Assembly (NCBI GenBank): GCA_963663275.1
Contig: OY760183.1
Location: 320,001-384,000, forward strand
Length of the DNA stretch: 64,000 nt
Direction: 5' to 3'
DNA from: Chloroflexota bacterium
GTDB lineage: Bacteria; Chloroflexota; UBA11872; VXOZ01
Shown here: in pieces, positions 50,101 through 58,944 of the stretch
Layout: every line of letters starts with the position of its first letter
How positions within the stretch are numbered: position 1 is the stretch's first letter
Translations under genes and position numbers: made by a program
The notes under the pieces: model-generated
Told to the model about the DNA's origin: nothing
The model's database searches: none
What the model saw: only the letters and a program-made list of their open reading frames with translations

Positions 50101-50715
50101 AATCCACTGGCCGTGGAAGAGTTCGGCCTGCTGCGGGAACGCGCCACCTTCCTCCGCGAGCAGACCGCGGATCTGGAAGCCGCCGAGCGCGACCTGGACG
50201 AAGTCAAGCGCCAACTGCGCCGCGCGATTCGCGCCGACTTCACGGCCACCTTCCAGCAGGTGGCGGCGGACTTCTCCGCCATGGTCCAAACGCTCTTCGC
50301 CGGCGGCGACGCCGCATTGAGCCTGACGGATCCCCATAATCCCGCCGAAACCGGCATCGAGATTACCGTGCGCCTCCCGGGCAAGCGGCGGCAGGCGCTC
50401 TCCCTCCTCTCCGGCGGCGAACGCGCCCTGGTGGCGCTGGCCCTGCTCTTTGCCCTGCTCAGCGCCCGCGCCGCGCCGCTCTGCGTGCTGGACGAGGCGG
50501 ACGCGATGCTGGATGAGACCAACACCGTCCGCTTCTGCCGCCTGCTCCGCGACTACGGCAGCCGCACCCAATTCTTGGTAATCACGCACAATCGTGGCAC
50601 TATGGAGATGGCGGACGCGCTCTTTGGTGTTAGCATGGTAGAGGAAGGCGTGTCCCAGGTGCTCTCCCTCCGCCTGGAAGAATTGCGCGAACAGGTGCTC
50701 GCGTCCGCGGGCTAG
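47197..50715 (+). CDS. smc: Chromosome segregation protein SMC
   Basis: GFKTF, GPNGSGKSN, long coiled coils, LSGGE, LDEAD, ITHN. Confidence 0.95.
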   Translation: MYLTQLEIHGFKTFPARATLAFPRGISAIVGPNGSGKSNLADAIRWALGEQSMLALRGRKSEDVVFAGTPRRARAGMTEVTLTFDNEDGAFPLDRAEVSIARRAYRSGENEYLLNGNRVRLRDIQQLLAEAGIGHGLMIGQGLVDQVLAQRPEERRSLLEEAAGVRALYMQEHEAENKLRRVHDNMNRVRDILLELEPRLATLETQAKEAQKADALQQELSQALHDWYAAQLANLVAEEAEAASALEKAQAAQDDLAAQIAGHARERQRLEQESREHEQSLHRAGARLAGLRNRQRDLAQRQAVRQERQTHLQRNVEDAAAREAELAERQAAAAARLPQQEAALAETTETLSGNQAEWQAAKDAIASHEHARRQTEAALQELRREGVAVTTRLSSLNAVIDDAKRQREAALTRAAEAAEQLQLVRKQQRDRAAALTTLRERADTLQTQADAAHAAREAADATLAEVEQAVRGLESERQAPLRQRADLEGRAAALRALLAGASAGEESEPEAVAARAGVPLLPTLAGVDLPENVATALAAALPSEAFLTANRRDAAKLVAHAVSNAAANATVLAADLLAAATPAVPALPGVLGHAADLAPLPPESAALEPALRAILVVEDVDAMLAVAARHPWPLIVSVDGVVYGGGVFRYASAAAQRGQQHAQYTRLTARLDDVRRRCEELEEQEAALRVRQTQAREEARAAARAHTQRLDAARAAAGALQRHTHEHDESTRQRAWWEQVEEEARAQREELEDTIAAREREAPLAVAARERLAREIGERERAGNALQQEVEARRAAVSALQTQLAVQQQRKEHLTRTIAQARAERRGLERERAQLAHTRAEREETLRALQSELADGADAAAQTAAHVEEAAAESKRQQDLLERSRARLAACARAGANLEGRLAARERDCDLAEQALAGARQRREDTVVRWLSDEPDAEPLPKPSAEPVEALQRRVASLRNRLRRIGPVNPLAVEEFGLLRERATFLREQTADLEAAERDLDEVKRQLRRAIRADFTATFQQVAADFSAMVQTLFAGGDAALSLTDPHNPAETGIEITVRLPGKRRQALSLLSGGERALVALALLFALLSARAAPLCVLDEADAMLDETNTVRFCRLLRDYGSRTQFLVITHNRGTMEMADALFGVSMVEEGVSQVLSLRLEELREQVLASAG

Positions 50716-50757
50716 AGGCCCCGCGCGTTCTTTCAACGAGTCGCTTGACACCCACAG

Positions 50758-50917
50758 AAGACCTTTGCATAACCCCTTCCCCATCGAGGGGGAAGGTTGG
50801 GATGGGGGTGAAGTGAATTGACATCATGCTATCTTCAGTTGCAAAAGCACCCTGGATTCTGCGTCCCCCGCGCGGGGGAGGGCTTCCGCCGGAATGACGG
50901 AGTCTTGCAAGGGTCTC
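50758..50917. mobile_element. GAGACCTTTGC-type MITE
   Basis: TIR-like ends with CACAG duplication; similar copy at 53723-53863. Confidence 0.7.
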
Positions 50918-50966
50918 CACAGGAACGGCGGCGTAGACAGTTCGCAGGAAGCGGCGGCGAGGTGCC

Positions 50967-51914
50967 ATGACCGAGCGAGAGTTGCCGGACAATCGAGGAG
51001 TTTCGCGCCCCGGACCTGGCGGCGCCCCGGGTGGAAACACCCCGGGGCCGGACGCCCGCTGGGGCATACCGCTGATCTTCCTGGCCGTCATTGCCGCCTT
51101 GTGGCTCAGTTTTCGCCTGGTGCCCGACCTGGGCGCGCTGGTGGACGATCTCCCGCTTCTTTCCGATTCCGCCACTCCAACCCTGACCATCGCCGCCGTT
51201 GCCGACTCCACCCCGACGCCGGGCGTCAGCCGGCCGCAACCCTCCACGCCCGCGCCGGCGTCCAACGGCCAGGCCGCGCCGGCGTCAACCGCCCGCACCA
51301 CGTTCGTGCCCAACCTCCTCCAGTCCGGCCAGGAGCGCGCGGTCGAATCGCTCAAGCAACATCAACTCATAGCCGAAATCGAGGAAGTCTTCGACGACAC
51401 AGTGGCTCGCGGCCTGGTTGTCAGCCATGCGCCGGAGGCGAATACCGTCGTGCAGGTTGGCTCAACCGTCATCATCCGCATCAGCAAAGGCCCGGAAAAT
51501 CCCACCATGCCCGACGTGGTCGGCATGACGGTGGATAACGCCCGCGAGCAGTTGGGGTTGCTCAGCGTCACCATCGAGGAGTTGGAGCAGCCCAACGACA
51601 CGGTGGCGGCCGGCATCGTGGTGGCCCAGGAGCCGCCGGCCGGCACGCAGGTGGAAGCGGAGAGCACCGTGCGCATCATCGTCAGCACCGGCGTGGATCG
51701 GATACCCGTGCCGGACGTGCGCAACAAGTACTTTGCGTTCGCCCAGCAGGAGTTGGCCGGCAGCGGCCTGCGGGGCGTCAAAGGTATCGAACTGACCAAC
51801 GATCCCGGCAAGTGCGGCACCATCGCCAGCCAGAACCCGGAGCCCGGCACACCCGTCCCCCTGAACACCAGCATCTACCTCAACATCCGCGGCGGCTCCG
51901 GCTGCACTCCCTAG
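50967..51914 (+). CDS. Membrane-anchored triple-PASTA protein (no kinase domain)
   Basis: TM, Pro/Thr linker, three VPN/MPDVVG/VPDV repeats. Confidence 0.88.
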   Translation: MTERELPDNRGVSRPGPGGAPGGNTPGPDARWGIPLIFLAVIAALWLSFRLVPDLGALVDDLPLLSDSATPTLTIAAVADSTPTPGVSRPQPSTPAPASNGQAAPASTARTTFVPNLLQSGQERAVESLKQHQLIAEIEEVFDDTVARGLVVSHAPEANTVVQVGSTVIIRISKGPENPTMPDVVGMTVDNAREQLGLLSVTIEELEQPNDTVAAGIVVAQEPPAGTQVEAESTVRIIVSTGVDRIPVPDVRNKYFAFAQQELAGSGLRGVKGIELTNDPGKCGTIASQNPEPGTPVPLNTSIYLNIRGGSGCTP

Positions 51915-52087
51915 GGAAAGCGAACCGCGGGCATCCATCACCCGGTGTGTGCAATTAGAAAAGGTGTAGGGGTTATTGGCAGAGGTGCAGGGGCAATTAG
52001 AAAAGGTGTAGGGGCACGACATGTCGTGCCCCTACACCTTTTTCAATTGCGTTTCGCGGCTGGTTGCCGCGCCTTTACAGGTTACCT

Positions 52088-53704
52088 TTACAGGTTATGG
52101 CACACCGGGTAGTCCGGGACGTCCTGCGTGCCGCTGCGCGGCAGCGCGTCGCCCGCCGACACGCGGTCGAAGAACCCCGCGTCCGCCGACGTCACATCGC
52201 ACCAGTAGAACTTATGGTACTGGAACGTCATGATATCGGGAATCCAGCGCCATGCGCCGCCGAAGAACACGAAGATGCGCTCATCGCCGCTGTAGCGCGC
52301 CAGTTGGTTAGCCGCGGGCGACGTCTCATCCAACGGAATGGCCTCCACCACCGCGGTCGCGAACGTGTAATTGGGTATCACGGCCCTCCAGTCGATGAGA
52401 CTGAGGTAGGGGCTGTCGGGCGAGATCCAGACGCGCACGATCTTGCCGTCGGACCGGCGCTCCACCACCGCGTAGGTCTGGCCGCCGCGGCCCTGGTTTT
52501 CCGCCTCGCGGATGTAGCCGCGCGCGTTGTAAGAGCGTGCCGCGCCGTCGGCGGCGACCCAGCCGTGGCGCAGGTAGGCCATCGAGCCGTCCGCCAATGC
52601 AAGGTCGATGCGGTCCCCGGGGCCGCGCGTCACCGTCACCGCGTCGTTCTGGCCGATGGGCGGCACGGGCGTCGGCGCCGGCTCAACCTCCTTGACAATC
52701 GTCAGCACTTCCCCTTCCAGGTCGACCACCTTCTGTTCGGAGTACTCGGTGCCGTCGACCATCCAAATATTGGAGTCCTTACTGATGTCGTTGGCGTAAT
52801 AGCTATCGTTCACAAAGGTGAAGAGGTTGGACTCGTTAATCGTGAGCAAATAGGTGAACACCAGTTTCCCGCCATCGTTGATCGCATCGGCCTCCGACAC
52901 AAGCAACTTATACTCCTGCTGCGAAGACGCCAGTTCTTCGCTTACCGCCTCGGTCTGGAGCATTGGAATCTTGAACACGGCTACCGGAAGCGTATTGCCA
53001 ACCTTGGCGCCGTCAGCGTCATACAACTGCTTGCTGATAGTCAGGGGTTTACCCGGTGTAGGAGTCGGCGTGGCGTTTTCGCCGGGGGTTTCAGCGTTAT
53101 CCGCAAGAATGTACTTGCCCGTGGATACCGTCAGCTTGAAGGCAACCGTCTCGCCCCCGGCGATCTTGGCGGGCGCGGAAGATCCGGAGAAGTCCAGACC
53201 GACTTCCGGTGTGCTCGCGTCCGGAGGGGGCCGCTTCGTCACGTACAGGTTTATCGTGAAAGTCTTATCGACGGCTGTGTGACTGACGCCGGTTGGATTA
53301 CCATCGGTGCCAACACCATCCACCGGTGTGAGATTGACTCTCCACTTAAGGGGAACGGTCCGCCTGACGGCATCGCCCAGATCGGAAGGCTGGACCCGGT
53401 ACCCCACCTCGATTATCTTGTATGGCTGCCCATCATGCAGGTTGAAGAGCAAGTCGGCGTTATTGGTAGGGTCGATTACCGCGGCGTTGTGAACGGCATG
53501 CAGTCCAATCCGCTCGACGACGACCGAGTACTTCACTACATCTTCAGGATGCACCGCCTCCAAATCGTCAATGCGGGTGAACGTGACCCAGACAACGTCA
53601 TCGAACGCGGGGTCGTCGCCGCTATGGGCCGACAGCGTCCCCAGCGACGCGGCCGCCAGCGCGAGCGCCAGGAAGACGCTCGCCAAACGCGACAGTGTTC
53701 TCAC
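52088..53704 (-). CDS. Secreted hypothetical protein
   Basis: Signal peptide, PTPTP linkers, distinct C-terminal domain. Confidence 0.75.
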   Translation of the reverse strand: MRTLSRLASVFLALALAAASLGTLSAHSGDDPAFDDVVWVTFTRIDDLEAVHPEDVVKYSVVVERIGLHAVHNAAVIDPTNNADLLFNLHDGQPYKIIEVGYRVQPSDLGDAVRRTVPLKWRVNLTPVDGVGTDGNPTGVSHTAVDKTFTINLYVTKRPPPDASTPEVGLDFSGSSAPAKIAGGETVAFKLTVSTGKYILADNAETPGENATPTPTPGKPLTISKQLYDADGAKVGNTLPVAVFKIPMLQTEAVSEELASSQQEYKLLVSEADAINDGGKLVFTYLLTINESNLFTFVNDSYYANDISKDSNIWMVDGTEYSEQKVVDLEGEVLTIVKEVEPAPTPVPPIGQNDAVTVTRGPGDRIDLALADGSMAYLRHGWVAADGAARSYNARGYIREAENQGRGGQTYAVVERRSDGKIVRVWISPDSPYLSLIDWRAVIPNYTFATAVVEAIPLDETSPAANQLARYSGDERIFVFFGGAWRWIPDIMTFQYHKFYWCDVTSADAGFFDRVSAGDALPRSGTQDVPDYPVCHNL

Positions 53705-53989
53705 GGCCTTTCCCTTTCACTAGGAGACCCTTGCATAACCCCTTCCCCCTCGAGGGGGAAGGTTGGGATGGGGGTGGAACGGGTTGAAACCATGCTGTTT
53801 GTAGTTGTAAGAGCGCTCTGGATTCCGGCTATCGCCGGAATGGCGGAGTTGTGCCAAAGTCTTAATGGGACGTTTCCGCGCCCACGGTTTCTTCTTGCTT
53901 CGCGCGGGCGCGCGCCTACCAGATTGCCATTATAACAGAGCGCCGCGCCCTCCATCGCCCTTTGAACACGCGCATCTCCCGCCGTCGCG

Positions 53990-54979
53990 TTACTGCGGGC
54001 GCAATTTGGAGACGAAACGCTCCTCGCCCAGGATGCCTTTGGGGCGGAAGAGCAGCATCAGCACCAGCAGCGCCGCCATGAGCAGGAAGCGGAAGTAAGG
54101 CGCGCGGGCGCTCAAGTCGGCCGGCACCAGCGCGTCGGTGGCAAACTGCGTCCCCGCCCAGATCGCCCAGAAGGCGAACGCGCCCAGGATCACGCCTTTC
54201 GTGTTGCCGCTGCCGCCCAGGATCAGCATCACCCAGATGATGAACGTGCCGTGCAGCGGATCGAAGACGCTGGGGCTGATGGCGCCGGCGTTGTGGGCGT
54301 AGAGCGCGCCGCCGACGCCCATCACCATCGCGCCCAGCGCCAGCGCCTGGAGCTTGAAACCGAACACGTTCTTGCCGTAGGCCGCGGCCACCACCTCGTC
54401 CTCCCGGATCGCCCGCAGCACCCGCCCCCACGGCGACCGGATCATCCGCTCCAGCAGCACCGCCACCACCAGCAGCACGAGCGCCACGATGCCCAGGTAG
54501 ACGAAGTTGTAGTACGCCGGCGGCACGAGGTCGTAGAGCGGTCGCGGGATGCCCACCAGCCCCTTAGAGCCGTTGGCCAGCCACTGCTCGTTGTTCAAGG
54601 CCAGCCGGATGCTCTCCGCGATGCCGATGGTGGCGATTGCCAGATAGTCCTCGCGCAGGCGCAGGGTGGGAATGCCGATGAGCACGGCCACCACGCCGCA
54701 GACCAGCGCGGCGGCAATCACGCCCACCAGAAACGGCTGCTCCAGGCCGAACGCCTGCTGCGTGTAGCGGGCCAGTTCGCCGGTGGGCAGCGGCTTGGTG
54801 ACCAGCGCCGCCGTGTACGCGCCAATGGCGAAGAACCCGGCCACGCCGAAATTGATCAGGCCCGTGTCGCCAAAGTGCACGTTCAGCCCCATCGTCAACA
54901 GGGCGTAGACGCTGGCGACGATCAGAAACCCGATCAGATAGTTCAGAATGCCGGAACTCAGAATGGTCTCGAGTGCCAT
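53990..54979 (-). CDS. Branched-chain amino acid ABC permease (LivM-like)
   Basis: LRLREDYLAIAT, SPWGRVLRAIREDE. Confidence 0.93.
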   Translation of the reverse strand: MALETILSSGILNYLIGFLIVASVYALLTMGLNVHFGDTGLINFGVAGFFAIGAYTAALVTKPLPTGELARYTQQAFGLEQPFLVGVIAAALVCGVVAVLIGIPTLRLREDYLAIATIGIAESIRLALNNEQWLANGSKGLVGIPRPLYDLVPPAYYNFVYLGIVALVLLVVAVLLERMIRSPWGRVLRAIREDEVVAAAYGKNVFGFKLQALALGAMVMGVGGALYAHNAGAISPSVFDPLHGTFIIWVMLILGGSGNTKGVILGAFAFWAIWAGTQFATDALVPADLSARAPYFRFLLMAALLVLMLLFRPKGILGEERFVSKLRPQ

Positions 54980-55239
54980 GTTTCCGTTTGCGCTCCCGGC
55001 GCGCCGCGTCAATAGACACTAGGTCGATATACACCAACTGCACGTATCACGAGCATACACGCGCATGCAGAATTCGCAACGCGCTATGCATGCGCTTTCT
55101 GAGATAAACGTGTAGTTCTGTGGTATGCTGACGTTAGAATTGTAACACGCGAGAGGCTTTGGGGCTGTGGGAAAACTGAATTCAGTATGATTGAAGAGTT
55201 GTGGCGCGCACCCCCTAAGCAAAGTGAGTGAACGGTCCC

Positions 55240-55521
55240 ATGAATCTGTTTCTGATCACATTTCAGGAGCCCATTGAGCCGGGCGTCAAAAAGAGAGTGG
55301 AGGTTGCCTTTTCCAACGAGGTGTTTACCTTGTCGGATCGCCTTCTACTGGTGCGAACCTCCATCGAAAACACCAAGGACTTGAGTTCCTTCTTCGACCT
55401 CGCCGGCGAAGGAGAAGACCCAACAACCGGTGTGATCTTCAAGCTAAACGGCTCGTACTACGGATACCACTCCTCAAGTCTTTGGGATTGGCTAGCAAAG
55501 GGCAGAGAAAGTAGTGACTGA
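55240..55521 (+). CDS. Small low-GC hypothetical protein
   Basis: 93 aa ORF ending YYGYHSSSLWDWL; overlaps next ORF. Confidence 0.6.
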   Translation: MNLFLITFQEPIEPGVKKRVEVAFSNEVFTLSDRLLLVRTSIENTKDLSSFFDLAGEGEDPTTGVIFKLNGSYYGYHSSSLWDWLAKGRESSD

Positions 55522-55768
55522 TCGTAATGGAGATCGCCGACCGGCCGGCTATGATCTGGGACGGTTCGATGACGCTCGAGACAGGGAGCTCAAGCTAGAG
55601 TCCAGAGTTGAAGAGCTTGTCAAGGCTCTGGCCACGCGCGAGGATCTTGCCAGAGTAGAAGCGGAAATCGCGAAAGCGAAGTATGCGATTCTGGTAGTCA
55701 TCTTAGGAGCGCTGACTGCGGTCGGCAACATCGGTTTCATTGCGTATAGAATATTTCTCGGCAGCTAG
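55514..55768 (+). CDS. Small coiled-coil + TM protein (DUF1640-like)
   Basis: LATREDL motif and C-terminal hydrophobic helix. Confidence 0.65.
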   Translation: MTDRNGDRRPAGYDLGRFDDARDRELKLESRVEELVKALATREDLARVEAEIAKAKYAILVVILGALTAVGNIGFIAYRIFLGS

Positions 55769-55778
55769 CCTGCCCTAA

Positions 55779-55951
55779 GAGCCTGTTTACGATCTTTCTG
55801 TCTGCACGAGGAACGTTCGCCCTGAGCCGCGTCGAAGGGTGAACGGAACCACCGCAAGGTTGCATATAGCCGTTCATGCTTCGACAGGCTCAGCACGAAC
55901 GGTCTTTATCGGCTTTGCTAACTCCCTCATAAGCAGATAGTAAACAGGTTC
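55779..55951. mobile_element. MITE with GAGCCTGTTTAC TIRs
   Basis: GAGCCTGTTTACGATC/GATAGTAAACAGGTTC with TAA on both sides. Confidence 0.7.
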
Positions 55952-56132
55952 TAAGACGCGCACCCCGCAGCGTCCTTAGAATGGCCTCTTGTGCCCGCGT
56001 TGGCTACCGCCAGGCGCGGGCCTTCGCTTTTGTCCAACAACGTGTGTAGACTCCCCAGTCCCATACCAATCGAAGTATGCGTCCTCGCTGCGTATGGCTT
56101 TGACGGCGCGGCGCTTCCAAAGCTATCTCAAC

Positions 56133-57050
56133 CTAGAACCTCCGCTGCTCGCTGCCCAAGATCCCCTGCGGCCGGATCAGCAGCACCAAGATCAGGATGA
56201 TGAACGCCACGGCCGGCTTGTAGGTGGGTAGGATGAAAGCCGTGGACACCTGTTGCGCGATGCCGATCACCATGCCGCCGATCAACGCGCCGTAGGGATT
56301 GCCGATGCCGCCGAGAATGGCCGCGGCAAAGAGCGGCAGCAGCAAGTTCCAGCCCATCTCCGGCCGCAGTTGCGAATCGACGCCCAGCAGGATGCCCGCG
56401 GTAGCCGCCATTGCCGCCCCGATGCCCCAGGTCCACAGCATCATGCGCTCCGTATCGATGCCGCTGATCCGCGCCAGGTCCGGGTTGTCCGCCGTGGCCC
56501 GCAGCGCCTTGCCGATGCGCGAACGCCGCAAGAAGAGGTACAGACCCGCCACCATGGCCAGGCAGGCGCACAGGATGAAGATCTGGTCGGGCTTAATGCG
56601 AATCTCGAACGGCAGTTGCAGCGCCGGCCGCAGCGCCTGGGTATAGAAGTGGAATTCCGGCCCCCAGATGATGAAGAGCAGCGCCCGCAGCGCAAACGCC
56701 ACCGCCAACGAACCGATGACGAACATCACCGGCGCGTACCGGCGCCGCCGCATGGGACGGAACACGATGCGGTCCACGCTCACGGCCACGCCCGCCGCGG
56801 CCAGCATGGCGACCGGCAGCGCCAGCGCCAGCGGCCACCCGAACGAGAGCGGCCCGAACGTGCCGCCGGCAATGCCCAGCGCGGCAAAGACCGTGTTCAC
56901 CATGAAGAACGCCACGTACGCGCCGATAGCCATCAGGTCGCCGTGGGCGAAGTTGGCAAAGCGCACGATGCCGTACACCAGCGTCAGGCTCACCGCCCCC
57001 AGCGAGAGGATGCTGCCCAGGATGATGCCGTCCACCACCAGCGCGATCAT
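56133..57050 (-). CDS. Branched-chain amino acid ABC permease (LivH-like)
   Basis: FANFAHGD, GKALRATADN, AAILGGIG. Confidence 0.94.
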   Translation of the reverse strand: MIALVVDGIILGSILSLGAVSLTLVYGIVRFANFAHGDLMAIGAYVAFFMVNTVFAALGIAGGTFGPLSFGWPLALALPVAMLAAAGVAVSVDRIVFRPMRRRRYAPVMFVIGSLAVAFALRALLFIIWGPEFHFYTQALRPALQLPFEIRIKPDQIFILCACLAMVAGLYLFLRRSRIGKALRATADNPDLARISGIDTERMMLWTWGIGAAMAATAGILLGVDSQLRPEMGWNLLLPLFAAAILGGIGNPYGALIGGMVIGIAQQVSTAFILPTYKPAVAFIILILVLLIRPQGILGSEQRRF

Positions 57051-57757
57051 GCCGCCCCTCCCAGGTAGAGCCGCGCCACTTCCTCGTTCTCCAGCAGCGC
57101 GGCGCTGGCGTCGGTGAAGCGGTTCTCGCCGCTGGCCAGCACGTAGCCGCGTTGGGAATGCTCCAGCGCCATGCGCGCGTTCTGCTCCACCATCAGCACG
57201 GCGATGCCCTGGGCGTTCACGTGGGCGATCTGCCGGAATACCGTTTCCACGAAGACCGGCGCCAGGCCCGCCGTCGGTTCGTCCAGCAGCAGCAGTCGCG
57301 GTTCCAGCATCAGCGCCCGCGCCATTGCCACCATCTGCCGCTGGCCGCCGCTCAGCGCCGCGACTTTCGTGTGGCGGCGTTCCGTGAGATCGGGAAAGAG
57401 GTCGTAGACCATTTCCGCCTGCCGCGCGTAGCCGTCCCTGCGCAGAAAAGCGCCCATCGCCAGGTTCTCCTCCACCGTCAGGCTCAGGAACGTATTGTCC
57501 GCCTGGGGCACGTAGCTCAAGCCCTGGCAGACCACTTCATGCGGCGGCATGCCGGTGATGTCCGTCTCCTGAAACGCGACCGTGCCCTGGGTGGGCTCCA
57601 GCAGGCCGAAGATCGTCTTCATCAGCGTGGACTTGCCGCAGCCGTTGGGCCCGATGATGGCCACCACTTCACCCGCGCCGACGTTCAGCGAAACGCCGTG
57701 CAGGATTTCGATCTCGCCGTAGCCGGAGACGATGCCGGAAGCCGCGAGCAGATTCAC
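57047..57757 (-). CDS. ABC ATPase (LivF-like)
   Basis: GPNGCGKS, LSGGQ, LDEPTAGLAP. Confidence 0.94.
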   Translation of the reverse strand: MNLLAASGIVSGYGEIEILHGVSLNVGAGEVVAIIGPNGCGKSTLMKTIFGLLEPTQGTVAFQETDITGMPPHEVVCQGLSYVPQADNTFLSLTVEENLAMGAFLRRDGYARQAEMVYDLFPDLTERRHTKVAALSGGQRQMVAMARALMLEPRLLLLDEPTAGLAPVFVETVFRQIAHVNAQGIAVLMVEQNARMALEHSQRGYVLASGENRFTDASAALLENEEVARLYLGGAA

Positions 57758-58539
57758 CGGTTCTGGCCTCCCAGGTAGGCGGCGAGCACCTGCTCGTTCC
57801 GCTGGATTTCCGCCGGCGTGCCCTCGGCCAGCTTTTCGCCGTTGCTCATCACGATTACCGGGTCGCAGAGGCCCATCACCACCGCCATGTTGTGCTCGAT
57901 GAGCAGCACGGTGATGCCCCGTTCGGCCACCAGCCGCTCGATCTGCGCCATCAGGCTGCGCAGCAGGGTGGGATTCACGCCGGCGCCGGGTTCATCCAGC
58001 ATGATGAGTTGCGGGTCCGTCATCATGGCGCGGGCCAGTTCCAGCAGTTTCTTCTGGCCGGTGGAGAGATTGGCGGCGTATTCGGCGCGCAGATGCGCCA
58101 GGCTCACGAACTCCAGCACGTCCAGCGCCTTATCGTAGGCTTCCCGTTCCTGCCGGCGCACGCGCCACGGCAGCAGCCACGCCGCCCCCAGCACCTCGCC
58201 GGCTTGGCCCCCGGGTACCAGCATCAGGTTCTCCAGCACGGTCATCTGCTTGAGTTCTTTGGGAACCTGGAACGTGCGGCAGAGGCCGTGGCGAAAGACC
58301 CGGTGCGGCGGCAGCCCGTCGATGCGCCGTCCCTGGAAGACGATGCGGCCCGCGTCCGGCGCGTAGAAGCCGGAAATCAGGTTGAACAGCGTCGTCTTGC
58401 CGGCGCCGTTCGGCCCGATCAGGCCCGTGATCGTGCCGCGCCGCACCCGCAGCGAGCAGTTTTGCACCGCCTGCAAGCCCCCAAACGACTTGCCGACGTT
58501 CGCGATCTCCAGGAGCGCGTCCGCTGTGTCCGCAGCCAC
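57754..58539 (-). CDS. ABC ATPase (LivG-like)
   Basis: GPNGAGKT, RTFQ, LDEPGAG, IEHNM. Confidence 0.94.
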   Translation of the reverse strand: MAADTADALLEIANVGKSFGGLQAVQNCSLRVRRGTITGLIGPNGAGKTTLFNLISGFYAPDAGRIVFQGRRIDGLPPHRVFRHGLCRTFQVPKELKQMTVLENLMLVPGGQAGEVLGAAWLLPWRVRRQEREAYDKALDVLEFVSLAHLRAEYAANLSTGQKKLLELARAMMTDPQLIMLDEPGAGVNPTLLRSLMAQIERLVAERGITVLLIEHNMAVVMGLCDPVIVMSNGEKLAEGTPAEIQRNEQVLAAYLGGQNR

Positions 58540-58649
58540 GGCCTTCTTCCTCTGTTACCCTATGCGGGTATCGTGCGCGCCCCGCTCTCGTCCGCGCCAG
58601 GGCGGGAACGCATCTCTATGATAATCTAAACGGTGAGCGCGTGACGCCG

Positions 58650-58875
58650 GTAGGGGCACGACAGGCGTGGCGGCACGACATGTCGTGCCCCTACCGCGAT
58701 AGGACGCGCGAGACGTACGACAGGTGTGGCGGCACGACATGTCGTGTCTCCGCCGCGATAGGATGAGCAGGACGTACGACAGGCGTGGCGGCACGACATG
58801 TCATGTCTCCGCCGCGATAGGACGCGCGAGACGTACGCCAACGCACGGAAGGCACGACGTGTCGCGCCCCTACCG
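58650..58875. repeat. Tandem array of GGCACGACATGTCGTG REP variants
   Basis: About 57-bp units. Confidence 0.8.
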
Positions 58876-58944
58876 CGAGACGATTCTCGCACGGCCCTTG
58901 TGCGAAAACCCATTGCAGAACCGGCACAGCAGCGAGGCGCAATC

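Noticed and set aside
47188-50784. Long antisense ORFs over smc (and similar ones over other genes)
   Set aside because: Expected shadow ORFs in high-GC DNA; no motifs.
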